Assembly (NCBI GenBank): GCA_964634305.1
Contig: CAZWLE010000001.1
Coordinates: 78,120-142,119 of the forward strand
Direction of reading: 5' to 3'
DNA length: 64,000 nt
Source: an uncultured Candidatus Saccharibacteria bacterium
Lineage (GTDB): Bacteria; Patescibacteriota; Minisyncoccia; Phycocordibacterales; Phycocordibacteraceae
Made by a program: the position numbers and the translations under genes. The notes below the pieces were generated by a model. It did no database searches and had not been told where the DNA came from. It saw only the letters and a program-made list of their open reading frames with translations. Of this stretch, positions 27,420 to 36,856 are shown in pieces. The number at the start of each line of letters is the position of its first letter. Within the stretch, counting starts at the first letter, position 1.

Positions 27420-27449
27420 CCGGAGGAAGCCCTCCGGTTTTTTCTTTTG
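27420..27449 (+). terminator. Rho-independent terminator ending the T-box/tyrS/tRNA-Tyr operon (CCGGAGG-AAGC-CCTCCGG-TTTTTT)
   Basis: A perfect 7-bp GC stem plus a T6 tract. Confidence 0.75.
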
Positions 27450-27470
27450 TGTGTTATAGTCCCGCTACCT

Positions 27471-29516
27471 ATGGCACCGAAGCGCCTCGTGGCCTTCCTC
27501 TTTCTCGTTGCGTTCTGCGCGGAACCTATCACTGTCCTTGCACAGGAAGCAGTAGATTCAGTCACCACAGAACCAGCTATAGAGGAAGAGACGCCGTATG
27601 CCCCTGAGCTTCCGAGCGAGATACTCGCTACCTCAACCGAAGCGATTGCTGTAGAGGAGTCAGTAGTTGTTGAAACTGTCACGGTCGAAGAACCAGTAAC
27701 TGAGGTTCCGGTTATTGAAGGAGAGTACATTCCTGGTGAAGTGGTTGTGCAGTACGAAGACGACGTAACACCAACGGTCATTCAAACTGACGAGGGTGTT
27801 GCTGAAACAATTGCTGAGCTCTCGACCGACCCCACGATTGCGTTTGTAGAACCAAACTACGTCCGTTCTATGGATGTGCTTAGCTCAACCACGGACCCTC
27901 TCGCAGAACTCCTATGGGGACTTGAGATTACTCGCGCATCAGATGTATGGTCACGCACCACTGGCGAGGAGGTCATCATTGCGATTATTGATACGGGCGT
28001 TGACTACACGCATCCCGACCTTGCTGCCAATATGTGGAGCGATGCGAACTGTGTCGACGAGACAGGCGCAGCAATTGTGGGTGGCTGCACCAATGGATGG
28101 GACTTCGTGGATAACGATAACAACCCGATGCCCGTAAATACCGGAGGGAGCTGGTACCACGGCACTCATGTGGCTGGTACTGCTGGTGCGGTATACAACA
28201 ACGATATAGGTGTTATCGGTATGGCACCAAATGTCAAAATCATGGCGCTTCGCTTTGGTCTTGATACGGCTTCTGAAGCGAGAGCGATTGATTTTGCTCG
28301 CCGCAACGGCGCGAAGATTATCAATGCAAGCTTTAGTGGAAGTGGCACCTCAAACATTGAGCGCGAAGCTATTGAGCGCTTTGAAGCAGCGGGTGGTCTG
28401 TTTGTTGCTGCTGCAGCGAACAAATCAAACGATGCAGATGTAATTCCTGCATATCCGGCGGCATACAATCTGCCAAGCGTCATAAGTGTCGCGGCAAGCA
28501 CCGATACCGATGCCTTGGCCTCGTTTTCTAATTACGGAGCAACCTCGGTCGACCTCGCCGCTCCAGGCGTCGATATCGTAAGCACTTTTCCACTGGCGGC
28601 AGCTGAGGATTACGGCATTCTCGATGGCACCTCCATGGCAACGCCGCACGTTGCCGGTGCTGCTGCACTTCTCTGGGCGTTTAAGCCAGCACTCTCAGCA
28701 AGTGCTGTTAAGTCACTCATCCTTGATTCAGGTGACGCAGTACCAAGCCTTTCTGGAAAGACCGTATCAGGGAAGCGTCTCAACGTATTTACCGCTATCA
28801 CGAACGCCGATGAACAGCCTGTCATTACGATTACCGGTGATAACCCAACGTCACTTACGGTAGGGCAAACCTACACCGAGCTTGGCGCGACCGCATCCGA
28901 CGATGAGGATGGTGACCTCACCTCTCTTATTCAGGTTTCTGGTGCCGTAGACACCAACACGGTAGGAAATTACTCAATTACCTACACTGTTGAAGACTCT
29001 GCGGGACACGAAACGATTGCTACACGCAGCGTTGTGGTGAATGCCGTTATTTCGTCTGGTGGCGGAGGAGGAGGCGGGGGCGGTGGTGGAGGTGGCGGCT
29101 CAAAGAAGAGCAAGACCACTAAAAAGAAAGAGACAAAACAAGACAATAAAGCTGAAGAACCGCTGCCACGTGAGACACAATCGGAAGTGCGAGGTAACTC
29201 TCGTGCACCGCTTTTCTTCGTAAACCTTACCGAAGGCTCAACGGGTACTGAAGCAAAAGAATTGCAAAAGGCACTTACTAAACTCGGCTTCTACACCGGC
29301 CCTATCACTGGCTTTATGGGTCCCATGACTAAGGACGCGCTGATGCGTTATCAAACGGCACGCGGTATTCCTGCAACAGGTATAAACGATGCGGCAACGC
29401 GCGAGAAGCTCAACGCAGAGTACGAGCAGAGCGAAGCAGACCGTATGAGTTACTTACTCTCCCTTCTTTCAGAACTGCAGGCACTTCTCGCGGCAATGCG
29501 GGCACAGAGTATATAA
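27471..29516 (+). CDS. Secreted subtilisin-like serine protease (S8) with poly-Gly linker and C-terminal peptidoglycan-binding domain
   Basis: A signal peptide. Catalytic triad motifs are IDTGVD (Asp), HGTHVAGT (His) and GTSMATPHVAG (Ser). A G16 linker precedes a PG_binding_1-like LQKALTKLGFYTGPITGFMGPMTKDALMRYQ. The start is moved to Met9, after the terminator. Confidence 0.9.
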   Translation: MAPKRLVAFLFLVAFCAEPITVLAQEAVDSVTTEPAIEEETPYAPELPSEILATSTEAIAVEESVVVETVTVEEPVTEVPVIEGEYIPGEVVVQYEDDVTPTVIQTDEGVAETIAELSTDPTIAFVEPNYVRSMDVLSSTTDPLAELLWGLEITRASDVWSRTTGEEVIIAIIDTGVDYTHPDLAANMWSDANCVDETGAAIVGGCTNGWDFVDNDNNPMPVNTGGSWYHGTHVAGTAGAVYNNDIGVIGMAPNVKIMALRFGLDTASEARAIDFARRNGAKIINASFSGSGTSNIEREAIERFEAAGGLFVAAAANKSNDADVIPAYPAAYNLPSVISVAASTDTDALASFSNYGATSVDLAAPGVDIVSTFPLAAAEDYGILDGTSMATPHVAGAAALLWAFKPALSASAVKSLILDSGDAVPSLSGKTVSGKRLNVFTAITNADEQPVITITGDNPTSLTVGQTYTELGATASDDEDGDLTSLIQVSGAVDTNTVGNYSITYTVEDSAGHETIATRSVVVNAVISSGGGGGGGGGGGGGGSKKSKTTKKKETKQDNKAEEPLPRETQSEVRGNSRAPLFFVNLTEGSTGTEAKELQKALTKLGFYTGPITGFMGPMTKDALMRYQTARGIPATGINDAATREKLNAEYEQSEADRMSYLLSLLSELQALLAAMRAQSI

Positions 29517-29553
29517 AAGCGAACGCCGCGGTTGAACCGCGGCGCCCAGGCTT

Positions 29554-29682
29554 TTAACAGATTGTCGTCTGACAATACTGAGCACTCTGGTCGATTTGCT
29601 TCGGTGTGTAGAGCTGTATCACCAGCCCTGTCACCAAAACTACGACGAAGAGTATCCCAGCAAGCCTCAGATGTTCAACCAT
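29554..29682 (-). CDS. Possible small membrane protein (42 aa)
   Basis: AGGGG SD and a TTGACT...TATTAT promoter-like sequence on the minus strand. One TM helix. It is the C-terminal part of a longer, implausible track ORF. Confidence 0.2.
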   Translation of the reverse strand: MVEHLRLAGILFVVVLVTGLVIQLYTPKQIDQSAQYCQTTIC

Positions 29683-29805
29683 GATTCGCCCCTGTGCTTT
29701 GCCGCCAGCCTGCGGCAGGTATATACAGTATAATACACAAAAAGGTATAAAGTCAAGTTCTGGGGACAACGGCACCATACACAAGCATCTGCTATGCTTA
29801 CGCGC

Positions 29806-30747
29806 ATGACGGCAAAGAAAACGATGCTCACAGGCCTCCAGCCCTCGGGCGACCTCCATATTGGCAACTATTTCGGTGCACTCGCGCCGTACAAAGCAGA
29901 GTACGAGAACTACGAGAGTTGGCTCATGGTAGCTGACTACCATTCACTCACATCACTTCGCGACGCAGCGGGTCTTCGTACCAACACCCTTAACGTCGTT
30001 CGTGATTATCTTGCCGCAGGATTTGACCCTGAGAAGATAACTATCTTTAAGCAATCAGACGTTCCTGCACACACGGAACTCGCATGGATTTTCGATTGTC
30101 TCGTGACCGTGCCGTTCCTTGAGCTTGGACACGCGTATAAAGACAAGGTAGCGAAGGGTCTTGAAGCAAACGCCGGTCTCTTTACGTACCCTATGCTTAT
30201 GGCCGCTGACATTCTCCTCTATGACACCGATGTGGTTCCGGTAGGTGAGGACCAGCGTCAGCATCTTGAATACGCACGCGAAGCCGCTGCGAAGTTTAAT
30301 AATGCGTACGGCGAAACATTCAAAGAGCCCAAAGAACTCATCCTTAAAGCAGTAGGAGTGGTTCCGGGTACGGATGGCAAGAAGATGAGTAAGAGCTATG
30401 GCAACACCGTGCCGCTCTTTGGCACCCGCGATGAGCTCTCCAAAGCAGTCATGAGCATCGTTACCGACTCCTCAGGTGAGCGTCCTGAGAATGTGTATGC
30501 AATTCACGCGCTCGTTAAAAACGAAGCTGAGCTTGCTGCGCTCTACGAGGAGAAGAAGGGGAAGTACAAGGACCTCAAGGAAGCCCTTATCGAAGACCTC
30601 GATGCGTACCTTGCCCCAATGCGTGAGAAGCGTGATGCACTTTCGGATGATGACGTACGGAAGGTATTGGCTGGCGGCGCAGAGAAGGCGCGGGCAAAGA
30701 GTGAAGCAAAAATGGAAGCCGTGCGAAAGGCAGTCGGGGTTCGGTAG
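29806..30747 (+). CDS. trpS: Tryptophanyl-tRNA synthetase
   Basis: Class I aaRS motifs GNYFGAL (HIGH-like) and KMSKS (KMSKSYGN). ~313 aa. Confidence 0.9.
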   Translation: MTAKKTMLTGLQPSGDLHIGNYFGALAPYKAEYENYESWLMVADYHSLTSLRDAAGLRTNTLNVVRDYLAAGFDPEKITIFKQSDVPAHTELAWIFDCLVTVPFLELGHAYKDKVAKGLEANAGLFTYPMLMAADILLYDTDVVPVGEDQRQHLEYAREAAAKFNNAYGETFKEPKELILKAVGVVPGTDGKKMSKSYGNTVPLFGTRDELSKAVMSIVTDSSGERPENVYAIHALVKNEAELAALYEEKKGKYKDLKEALIEDLDAYLAPMREKRDALSDDDVRKVLAGGAEKARAKSEAKMEAVRKAVGVR

Positions 30748-30798
30748 ACAATCCTACGTGCGGTGCTAGCATCGTCTTGCACCATAGGGAGAAACGAT

Positions 30799-31020
30799 AT
30801 GGTACTCGTCATCGTTGGGTTTTTAGCCCTCGCGGCAAGTGGCGTCTTGTGTGGTATGGCTGCCCATCACCACGCGAATGCACAGCTTGCTGATGTCTTC
30901 CGACATGACAATCTCATGACGGAAGATGAACACAATCGCAACATCTGCCTGGCGCTTTGTGTTGTGTTCGTTCTCGTTGCGGTCGGGTGTTTCTATGGGG
31001 CATACGCCTTGAACACCTAA
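30799..31020 (+). CDS. Small membrane protein (73 aa, 2 TM)
   Basis: GGGAGAAA SD. Hydrophobic helices flank a His-rich loop. Confidence 0.4.
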   Translation: MVLVIVGFLALAASGVLCGMAAHHHANAQLADVFRHDNLMTEDEHNRNICLALCVVFVLVAVGCFYGAYALNT

Positions 31021-31086
31021 GCCCCGAAATACACACAAAGTAACGCCCGCGCAAGAACTGCGCGGGCGTGGTATTTTAGGGCCTAT

Positions 31087-32409
31087 ATGGCACGGGTACT
31101 TATAGGCGAGCTCAGCTCGCATGCGGGCGAAGATGTCTCTATCTCGGGATGGGTCGAGGTTCGTCGCGACCAGGGCAAAATGGTCTTCTTTGATTTCCGC
31201 GACCGCTCAGGCGTCGTGCAGGGTGTTGTGCTTCCAGGGAGTGCAGCAATGGATACCGCCAAGGAGTGCCGCCAGGAGTATGTCGTGCGTGTAGACGGTA
31301 CCGTTAATAAGCGTCCTGAGAAGAACGTTGTTGCTGGCAAGGTAAACGGCGATATTGAGCTCGAAGTAAAAGGCATTGAAATACTTTCCGCGGCACAAGA
31401 GCTTCCGTTTGAAAAAGATACCGACCTTAACATCGACACTCGGTTTGATTTCCGTCCGTACACTATTCGCTCAGAACGCGACCGTGATGTCTTCTCAGTA
31501 CAAGCAACCATCCTTGAGGAGTACCGCGCATCCCTTGCTCGTCAGGGCTTCACGGAATTTACCGCTCCCGCATTGGTAGGCGGCGACGCAGAGGGTGGTG
31601 CAGCTGTTTTCAAGGTTGAGTACTACAACGACAAGACGGCGTACCTTGCCACCTCACCGCAGCTCTATAAGCAGATTATGGTGGGAGCGTTTGAACGCGT
31701 ATTCACGATTGCAAAGATTTTCCGCGCCGAGAAGAGCGCTACAACCCGTCACCTCTCAGAGCTCACCCAGATGGACTTTGAAATGGGCTTTATTGAAGAC
31801 GAGCGCGACGTCATGGCTGTGCTTGAAACGACGATTCGCGACACAGTGAATGCTGTTGTTGCAAAGCATCCTGACGTCTTTGCACGTCTTGGCGCAGACG
31901 TACCGCTCCTTGGTGAGCGCTTCCCTGTACTTACTCTCGAAGAGGCACATAAAACCCTTGGTGTTGCTCCTGAAGACGACATGACTCCAGAGCATGAGCG
32001 CGCTATCTGCGAATGGGCCGCAAAGGAACACGGTTGTGACTTTGTGTTCATTACTCGCTTCCCAACAGACGCACGTGCCTTCTACACCATGAGCGCAGAA
32101 GGACCGCTCTCCAAAGGCTTTGATCTTCTCTTCCGAGGTCTTGAGATAAACTCCGGCGCACAACGTATTCACAATTACGACGACATGGTCGCTCGTATTG
32201 CCGAACGCGGTATGGACCCTAAGAAGTTCGCGTTTTACCTTCAAGCCTTTAAGTACGGTATGCCACCACACGGTGGCTGCTCAACCGGTCTTGAGCGGTT
32301 CACGATGAAGATGCTTGGTCTTGGCAACGTTAAGGAAGCATCGGCATTCCCTCGTGATATGAACCGTATCGATATCCTACTTTCGGAGACTGATAAGCCA
32401 GTCGATTAA
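31087..32409 (+). CDS. aspS: Aspartyl-tRNA synthetase, short archaeal/non-discriminating type (440 aa)
   Basis: An N-terminal OB anticodon-binding domain followed by a class II core (FRAE, GGCSTGLER). It lacks the bacterial GAD insertion. Confidence 0.9.
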   Translation: MARVLIGELSSHAGEDVSISGWVEVRRDQGKMVFFDFRDRSGVVQGVVLPGSAAMDTAKECRQEYVVRVDGTVNKRPEKNVVAGKVNGDIELEVKGIEILSAAQELPFEKDTDLNIDTRFDFRPYTIRSERDRDVFSVQATILEEYRASLARQGFTEFTAPALVGGDAEGGAAVFKVEYYNDKTAYLATSPQLYKQIMVGAFERVFTIAKIFRAEKSATTRHLSELTQMDFEMGFIEDERDVMAVLETTIRDTVNAVVAKHPDVFARLGADVPLLGERFPVLTLEEAHKTLGVAPEDDMTPEHERAICEWAAKEHGCDFVFITRFPTDARAFYTMSAEGPLSKGFDLLFRGLEINSGAQRIHNYDDMVARIAERGMDPKKFAFYLQAFKYGMPPHGGCSTGLERFTMKMLGLGNVKEASAFPRDMNRIDILLSETDKPVD

Positions 32410-32419
32410 CCTCATTCCT

Positions 32420-33382
32420 ATGCCTACTCTCAAAGAGCTCTACGCCATCGCGGTTGATGCTGGTATTGATGCTGACCCTCGTGGTCGTGAAGGGGTCGAG
32501 AAGGTACTCGCACGTCGCAAGAAGGAATACGACGGTCTCTCAGCAGCAAAACAGGCAGAGTACGACCCTGAAGACCTTTGGGACCCCTACATCGATTCCG
32601 GTATTCTCACAGGCAACCCAGATAAGGAAGTAAAGAAGGTCATGGCGGGTATCGACCTTGATACCGGCGAAGTGGCCGTTGCTGGTATTTTGAACGACCG
32701 CGGTGCAGGCATCGATGCGCTCGTCGCTCACCACCCACACGCTACCGGCTACGCTGCACTCCACGAAGTTATGGAGATGCAGGCAGAGAACATGGCGCGC
32801 TATGGCGTACCTATCAACATCGCTGAAGGTCTGATGCGTGACCGTATCGATGAAGTCGCACGTAAAATTTCTCCTCGCAATCACACTCAGGCAGTAGACG
32901 CAGCAAAGCTCCTCGACATTTCCTTCATGGCAACGCACACCATGGCAGACAACATGGTCTTCGCATTCCTTGAGGAATTGTTTGCAAAGCGTGGAGCAGA
33001 CACAGTAGGTGATGTGCTGTCCATCTTGAAGGAGATTCCTGAGTATCAGGTAGCAATGAAGACGAAGGCAGGACCAACGCTTTTCTCAGGTAGTGAGCGT
33101 AATCGCACTGGCAAGATCGCGCCGCTTGAAATCACCGGCGGTACCGAGGGTCCGCATCTTTCCTACGAAAAACTCGCACATGCCGGCGTCGGTACCATCA
33201 TCAGCATGCATGCCTCCGAGGAGCATCGTAAAGAAGCACAAAAGCATCACATCAATCTTGTGATTGCAGGCCATATGAGCTCCGACTCCATTGGTATGAA
33301 CCTCATCCTCGACCGCTTTGAGGCGAAGGGTGTTGAAATTGTCCCAACCTCCGGATTTATCCGCGTCAGCAGAAATAAGTAG
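32420..33382 (+). CDS. Nif3-like dinuclear metal centre protein
   Basis: The WD..GIL.G...EVKKV..GIDL...V...G.DALVAHHP pattern is typical of Nif3/YqfO. Confidence 0.5.
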   Translation: MPTLKELYAIAVDAGIDADPRGREGVEKVLARRKKEYDGLSAAKQAEYDPEDLWDPYIDSGILTGNPDKEVKKVMAGIDLDTGEVAVAGILNDRGAGIDALVAHHPHATGYAALHEVMEMQAENMARYGVPINIAEGLMRDRIDEVARKISPRNHTQAVDAAKLLDISFMATHTMADNMVFAFLEELFAKRGADTVGDVLSILKEIPEYQVAMKTKAGPTLFSGSERNRTGKIAPLEITGGTEGPHLSYEKLAHAGVGTIISMHASEEHRKEAQKHHINLVIAGHMSSDSIGMNLILDRFEAKGVEIVPTSGFIRVSRNK

Positions 33383-33396
33383 GGTAGGATAAAGGC

Positions 33397-34137
33397 GTGG
33401 ACGAGAACACGGTCAGCGCTTCTTCATATCAAATACGCACCCCTGCATTTGAGGGTCCATTCGCGCTTGTCCTTGAACTTATCGAAAAACGTAAGCTGCT
33501 CGTTAACGACCTCTCGCTTTCAGAGATTACCGACGATTTCATACAGCATGTTCGCTCCAAGGCAGAGTTTCCGGTTGAGGACGCGGCAGATTTCATTCAA
33601 GTAGCCGCAACACTCCTTCTCATAAAATCGAAGTCCCTTATTCCCGACCTCGAGCTTTCAGGAGAGGAAGAAGAGGACGTCGAAGACCTTAAGCGTCGTC
33701 TTGCCATGTACGAAAAGACGCGCGACGCTGCACGCCTCTTGGGACGTATCTTTGGCCGTGACCTCATGGTGTCAGCAGGGGAGCAGACACCAGAGCCTGC
33801 CTTTGGTCCGGGCAAAGATATGACCCGTGAGCAGCTTGCAAAGGCACTTCATGACGCACTTGCTGCACTGGAGAAGGAAGAAAAGCTTCCCGAAGCACGC
33901 GTTCGTCCAATGGTCACCATAGAAGAAATGATGGATAGACTTCTTGGCCGGGTGCAGAAGGCACTCAATATGTCCTTCAAAGAGTTTGCAGGTGACACCA
34001 AAGAGAAAGTGGAGGTTATCGTCTCATTCCTTGCACTGCTTGAGCTCGTGAAGCAGGGTGCTGTTGATGTACTCCAGCATGAGAGTTTTGCGGATATCCG
34101 TATTACCAATACGTCTGCCGGCGTACCACGCTATTAG
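33397..34137 (+). CDS. scpA: Segregation and condensation protein A (kleisin)
   Basis: FEGPFALVLELIEKRKLLVNDLSLSEITDDF is the N-terminal ScpA signature. Confidence 0.8.
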   Translation: MDENTVSASSYQIRTPAFEGPFALVLELIEKRKLLVNDLSLSEITDDFIQHVRSKAEFPVEDAADFIQVAATLLLIKSKSLIPDLELSGEEEEDVEDLKRRLAMYEKTRDAARLLGRIFGRDLMVSAGEQTPEPAFGPGKDMTREQLAKALHDALAALEKEEKLPEARVRPMVTIEEMMDRLLGRVQKALNMSFKEFAGDTKEKVEVIVSFLALLELVKQGAVDVLQHESFADIRITNTSAGVPRY

Positions 34138-34181
34138 TCATCCCCAGTCGTCAAGGTTGGCCGCTCTGTACAAAAGCGGTA

Positions 34182-34745
34182 TTGTGTAGCCATATGGCGC
34201 TTACTCCTCCGGCGTTGCTTGAAGCATTGCTTTTTGCGTCCGGCGAAGCCGTTTCGAAGAAAAAACTCGCAACCCTCCTTGGCGTGAAGGCGGACCTATT
34301 GGCGCAAGCAACAGATGCGCTTCGCACCTCACTTACCGGTCGTGGTCTCGCACTCATTGAGACTGACAATGACCTAGAACTTCGTACCGCTGCAGACGCG
34401 TCAGATTTTGTCATGAAGCTTCGCGAAGCCGAGCTATCCCGCGACCTTGGAAAGGCAGGTCTTGAAGTACTGGCGATTATTCTCTACCGAGGTAGCGCAA
34501 CCCGTGGAGAGGTGGACTGGGTCCGCGGTGTTAACTCGGCACAGACGATGCGGTCACTGTTGATGCGTGGACTTGTCGAGAAGACTGAGAACCAGGAAGA
34601 CGCTCGTCGCCCTCATTACAAAGCGACGGTTGATGCCCTCGCTCATCTTGGGGTAGAGAAGCGTGAACAGCTCCCAGAGTATGCCGAACTCTCAGCAGCA
34701 CTCACAAACAAAGAGACGGCAGTGGCCGAAGGAATGGACGTATGA
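34182..34745 (+). CDS. scpB: Segregation and condensation protein B
   Basis: LEALLFASGEAVSKKKLATLLGV is the winged-helix ScpB signature. Confidence 0.8.
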   Translation: MCSHMALTPPALLEALLFASGEAVSKKKLATLLGVKADLLAQATDALRTSLTGRGLALIETDNDLELRTAADASDFVMKLREAELSRDLGKAGLEVLAIILYRGSATRGEVDWVRGVNSAQTMRSLLMRGLVEKTENQEDARRPHYKATVDALAHLGVEKREQLPEYAELSAALTNKETAVAEGMDV

Positions 34746-35716
34746 GCGACACGACAAACCTAAAATCCCTCGTTGAGGAAATAGAGAACCGCCGCAAGCG
34801 CCGTGAGGCGCGACAAATGGCGCTCGCATTTCTTGCAGGTGTCGGCCTCCTTGGAGGTGGAGGGGTACTTGCGATGCATACGCTGAGTCAAAAGACAGCG
34901 CCGGTAGCATCGGTTCCAGAAACACCACGCCCAAGTGCCTTCGATGGTATCGAGCTGTCTGCTCGCGCGGCTATCGTCTATGACCTCACGACCGGTGACA
35001 TCCTGTACGAAAAGAATGCAGAGGCACAGCTTCCACTCGCATCCCTTACAAAGCTTCTTACCCTTTACGCAGCGACCGAGAGTCTTTCTGCAAAATCTCC
35101 TGTCGTTATTACTGCCAAAGCACTCGCTACCGAAGGAGAAAGTGGATTTGTTGAGGGTGATACGTTCTCTTTTGAAGATGCAGCAAAGCTTGCGGTCGTT
35201 GCCAGTAGTAACGACGCAGCAGAAGCGATAACCGAAGCCGCTACCGCCGCAGGACAGGCTTCCAACGGAACGGCACTCCTTGCCTCAGCCGCCTCAGCAA
35301 TAGGACTGACGCAGACCTACGCTCTGAACGGTACTGGTCTGGATGAGAATGGAGAAATTTCTGGTGGATACGGCTCTGCGCACGATATTGCGCTTCTTGC
35401 CGGTGCATTGCTTCGCCGTGTACCTGGCATCATGCGCGCGACGATAGACCCCACCGTAACCGCTACCTCATACACAGGCACATCCTATACGCTTAAAAAC
35501 ACCAATACGGATATTCATCACACACCGGGTCTCATGCTCTCGAAAACGGGGTACACCGACCTTGCAGGCGGGAATCTTGCCATTGTGTTTGATGCCGGTA
35601 TGGGTCACCCGGTCGCTATCGTCGTACTTGGCTCTACACGTGATGAGCGTTTTGTTGATGTGGGACGTCTTGTACGTGCAACCTCTGCCGAATTCGCCGG
35701 CCTTACGCTGCCATGA
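34742..35716 (+). CDS. D-alanyl-D-alanine carboxypeptidase (S11, PBP5/6-like), membrane-anchored
   Basis: SxxK (ASLTKL), SxN (SSND) and KTG (KTGYT) motifs are present. An N-terminal TM anchor. Translationally coupled to scpB (ATGA overlap). Confidence 0.8.
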   Translation: MSDTTNLKSLVEEIENRRKRREARQMALAFLAGVGLLGGGGVLAMHTLSQKTAPVASVPETPRPSAFDGIELSARAAIVYDLTTGDILYEKNAEAQLPLASLTKLLTLYAATESLSAKSPVVITAKALATEGESGFVEGDTFSFEDAAKLAVVASSNDAAEAITEAATAAGQASNGTALLASAASAIGLTQTYALNGTGLDENGEISGGYGSAHDIALLAGALLRRVPGIMRATIDPTVTATSYTGTSYTLKNTNTDIHHTPGLMLSKTGYTDLAGGNLAIVFDAGMGHPVAIVVLGSTRDERFVDVGRLVRATSAEFAGLTLP

Positions 35717-36789
35717 TTGAAAGCATTGCACTCTTCGACGCTGCCCGCGTCCTCGTTCCCTTCATGGCGTCATTTGCGATAGGTATTCTCATGGCGCCGC
35801 TTCTGGCTGACCTTTTGTATGAGAAGAAGGCGTGGAAGAAAAAGGCAGGGAAGGGAACCGGTATGGGAGACAACAACGGTACGCCACTCTTTGATGAACT
35901 CCATGCGGTGCGCGAGACGTCTGCACCACGTATGGGTGGCATTGTTATCTGGGGCTCCGTCGCACTCAACGCTCTCGCGTTTGTCCTTCTTGCTAACGTT
36001 TTTGACGGTAACTTTTCAACCCTACCGTTCATCACGCGCGAACAAACCTGGTTGCCGTTCTTCGCGCTCCTTGCCGGCGCCTTCGTTGGACTTATCGATG
36101 ATTTCCTAGAGGTAACACGCGGTAATGGTGGTCTTCCGCTCCCGTGGCGTCTTTTGGTCGTCACGCTTCTTGCTGGTTTTATTGGTTGGTGGTTCTACGA
36201 CAAGCTCGATATTTCTGCGGTAGGTATTCCGTTTGTAGGTCCTTTTGAGCTCGGGCTTCTGTTCATACCGTTCTTTGTGTTCGTCACCCTTGCTATTTAT
36301 GCTTCCGGCGTTATCGACGGTATTGATGGTCTTGCAGGGGGTATCTTCGCGATTATCTTCATGGCCTACGCAGGTATCGCCTTTGCACAGGAGCAGGTGA
36401 CACTCGCTGCGTTTGCGGCAGCGGTCTCTGGTGCTACCTTTGCCTTCCTTTGGTTTAATGTCCCTCCTGCACGCTTTTATCTTTCAGAGACAGGGAGCAT
36501 GGCGCTTACCTTAGCGCTTGCGGTCACGGCGTTTTCCACGGACGTACTCGGAGAAGGAGTGGGCGTAGCCGTGCTTCCAATAATTGCTCTTCCACTTACC
36601 GCAACAGTACTCACGAGTGTTCTCCAGGTGGTGTGGAAGGTAGTGTTTAAGAAAAAGCTCTTCCGTATTGCCCCTATACACCACCACTTTGAAGCACTCG
36701 GCTGGCCGTCCTACAAAGTCACGATGCGGTATTGGATTATCACCATAATTGCCGGCATCTTTGGTATTGCGATTGCGCTACTGAAGTAG
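35713..36789 (+). CDS. mraY: Phospho-N-acetylmuramoyl-pentapeptide transferase
   Basis: DD(F)LE, GIDGLAGG and PIHHHFE motifs. ~10 TM. ATGA overlap with the dac gene. Confidence 0.9.
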   Translation: MIESIALFDAARVLVPFMASFAIGILMAPLLADLLYEKKAWKKKAGKGTGMGDNNGTPLFDELHAVRETSAPRMGGIVIWGSVALNALAFVLLANVFDGNFSTLPFITREQTWLPFFALLAGAFVGLIDDFLEVTRGNGGLPLPWRLLVVTLLAGFIGWWFYDKLDISAVGIPFVGPFELGLLFIPFFVFVTLAIYASGVIDGIDGLAGGIFAIIFMAYAGIAFAQEQVTLAAFAAAVSGATFAFLWFNVPPARFYLSETGSMALTLALAVTAFSTDVLGEGVGVAVLPIIALPLTATVLTSVLQVVWKVVFKKKLFRIAPIHHHFEALGWPSYKVTMRYWIITIIAGIFGIAIALLK

Positions 36790-36856
36790 GGTTTGGTTTT
36801 CTTATACTTATCGATTTCCAGCCAATAATCTTGAATCGGTGCGTTAGAATGGGGAA

